DNA from: Oceanispirochaeta sp.
Lineage (GTDB): Bacteria > Spirochaetota > Spirochaetia > DSM-2461
Length of the DNA stretch: 64,000 nt
Assembly (NCBI GenBank): GCA_963666275.2
Contig: CAXXOA010000003.1
Span: 160,001 to 224,000, forward strand
Reading direction: 5' to 3'
The position numbers and the translations under genes are program-made. This document shows, piece after piece, positions 63,453 to 64,000 of the stretch (positions are counted from its first letter, which is position 1; the number at the start of each line of letters is the position of its first letter). The notes beneath the pieces were generated by a model. The model was not told the origin of the DNA, did no database searches, and was given only the letters and a program-made list of their open reading frames with translations.

Positions 63453-64000
63453 ATGATCAGGAAAAACAGCATATTCTACTTTCTTCTCGCCCTCTGCCTG
63501 CTGGAACTGGTTCCCGCCCTTGCGGGGCAGTCTCTGCTGGTGCTGACAGACGGCCCTCTCTCCTATTATCGGGGAGTTCTGGCGGAAATAGAGGGGGAGT
63601 TGGCCTCATCGGTCTACGAAGAGGTCCTTGCCGGGGCGGAATACAGAGAGTATATGAGCCGCCTCTCCCCGGAGGGGCAAATGCCGGGGGATGAAGGGGA
63701 GAGTCCGGGCTACTCCCTGGTTCTGGCACTGGGACAGGCTTCTTCCCGGCTGGCTCTGGCCTCCTTTCCCCAGACCCCGGTTCTGGGAGTCTCCTATCTT
63801 TACGATCCTGCCGAAAGGGCTCTCTGGGAGGCTCTGCTCGCTTCGGGAAGAGCCCCCCGCCGGGTGGTACTGACCGATCTGGAACTGGAGCGGCGGAGCA
63901 GTAAGTTCGCCGAGGATTTCAACCAGCCGCCGCCGGTTCCCGTGACCGATCCGGTCTCCCTGAGCTGGCTCTTTTCTTCCGCCCGGGAGTGGATTACCCC
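63453..64000 (+). CDS. Exported protein, truncated by window end
   Basis: ATG after GAGGGG, signal peptide MIRKNSIFYFLLALCLLELVPALAG, frame open to the end. Confidence 0.6.
   Translation, partial: MIRKNSIFYFLLALCLLELVPALAGQSLLVLTDGPLSYYRGVLAEIEGELASSVYEEVLAGAEYREYMSRLSPEGQMPGDEGESPGYSLVLALGQASSRLALASFPQTPVLGVSYLYDPAERALWEALLASGRAPRRVVLTDLELERRSSKFAEDFNQPPPVPVTDPVSLSWLFSSAREWIT

Overview
Bacterial chromosomal window, most likely from a free-living spirochaete (inferred from 'ANGQK/ANGTS'-type solute-binding protein N-termini and gene content). Left arm (1-22.4 kb): a sugar-alcohol ABC transporter with SDR/RpiB/DhaKL catabolic genes, ablAB osmolyte genes, stress genes (OsmC, Dps-like) and a MoxR/DUF58/SpoIIM/RDD operon. 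Centre (22.6-47.7 kb): a visibly AT-rich integron-type cassette array with the top strand on the minus strand. It has five attC sites, an attI-like site at about 45215 and no integrase gene in the window. Mobile elements in it are two group II introns inserted at the G^TT core of attC sites, a 3' remnant of a third intron, one IS3 and three IS66. Cassettes include DUF3800 + RlfB-like nuclease + a structured RNA, and a HigBA-type toxin-antitoxin pair. The top finding is a ~6.55 kb single cassette with a seven-gene coupled operon that interleaves thymidine-hypermodification enzymes (5-hmdU DNA kinase-like, dUMP hydroxymethylase/TS-like, dNMP kinase, Nmad2) with two ThsB-like TIRs and a TIR-SLOG protein. 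It is a candidate anti-phage system, currently interrupted by IS66. The introns also contain a 38-bp CCGG-targeting palindromic mini-element, once in frame inside the RT. Right arm (48-64 kb): inositol-dehydrogenase-like gene, TctCBA, ROK regulator, sulfatase, hemopexin-repeat protein, two FG-GAP lipoproteins and an ECF sigma/anti-sigma locus. All family assignments come from motif recognition by eye; no database searches were run.
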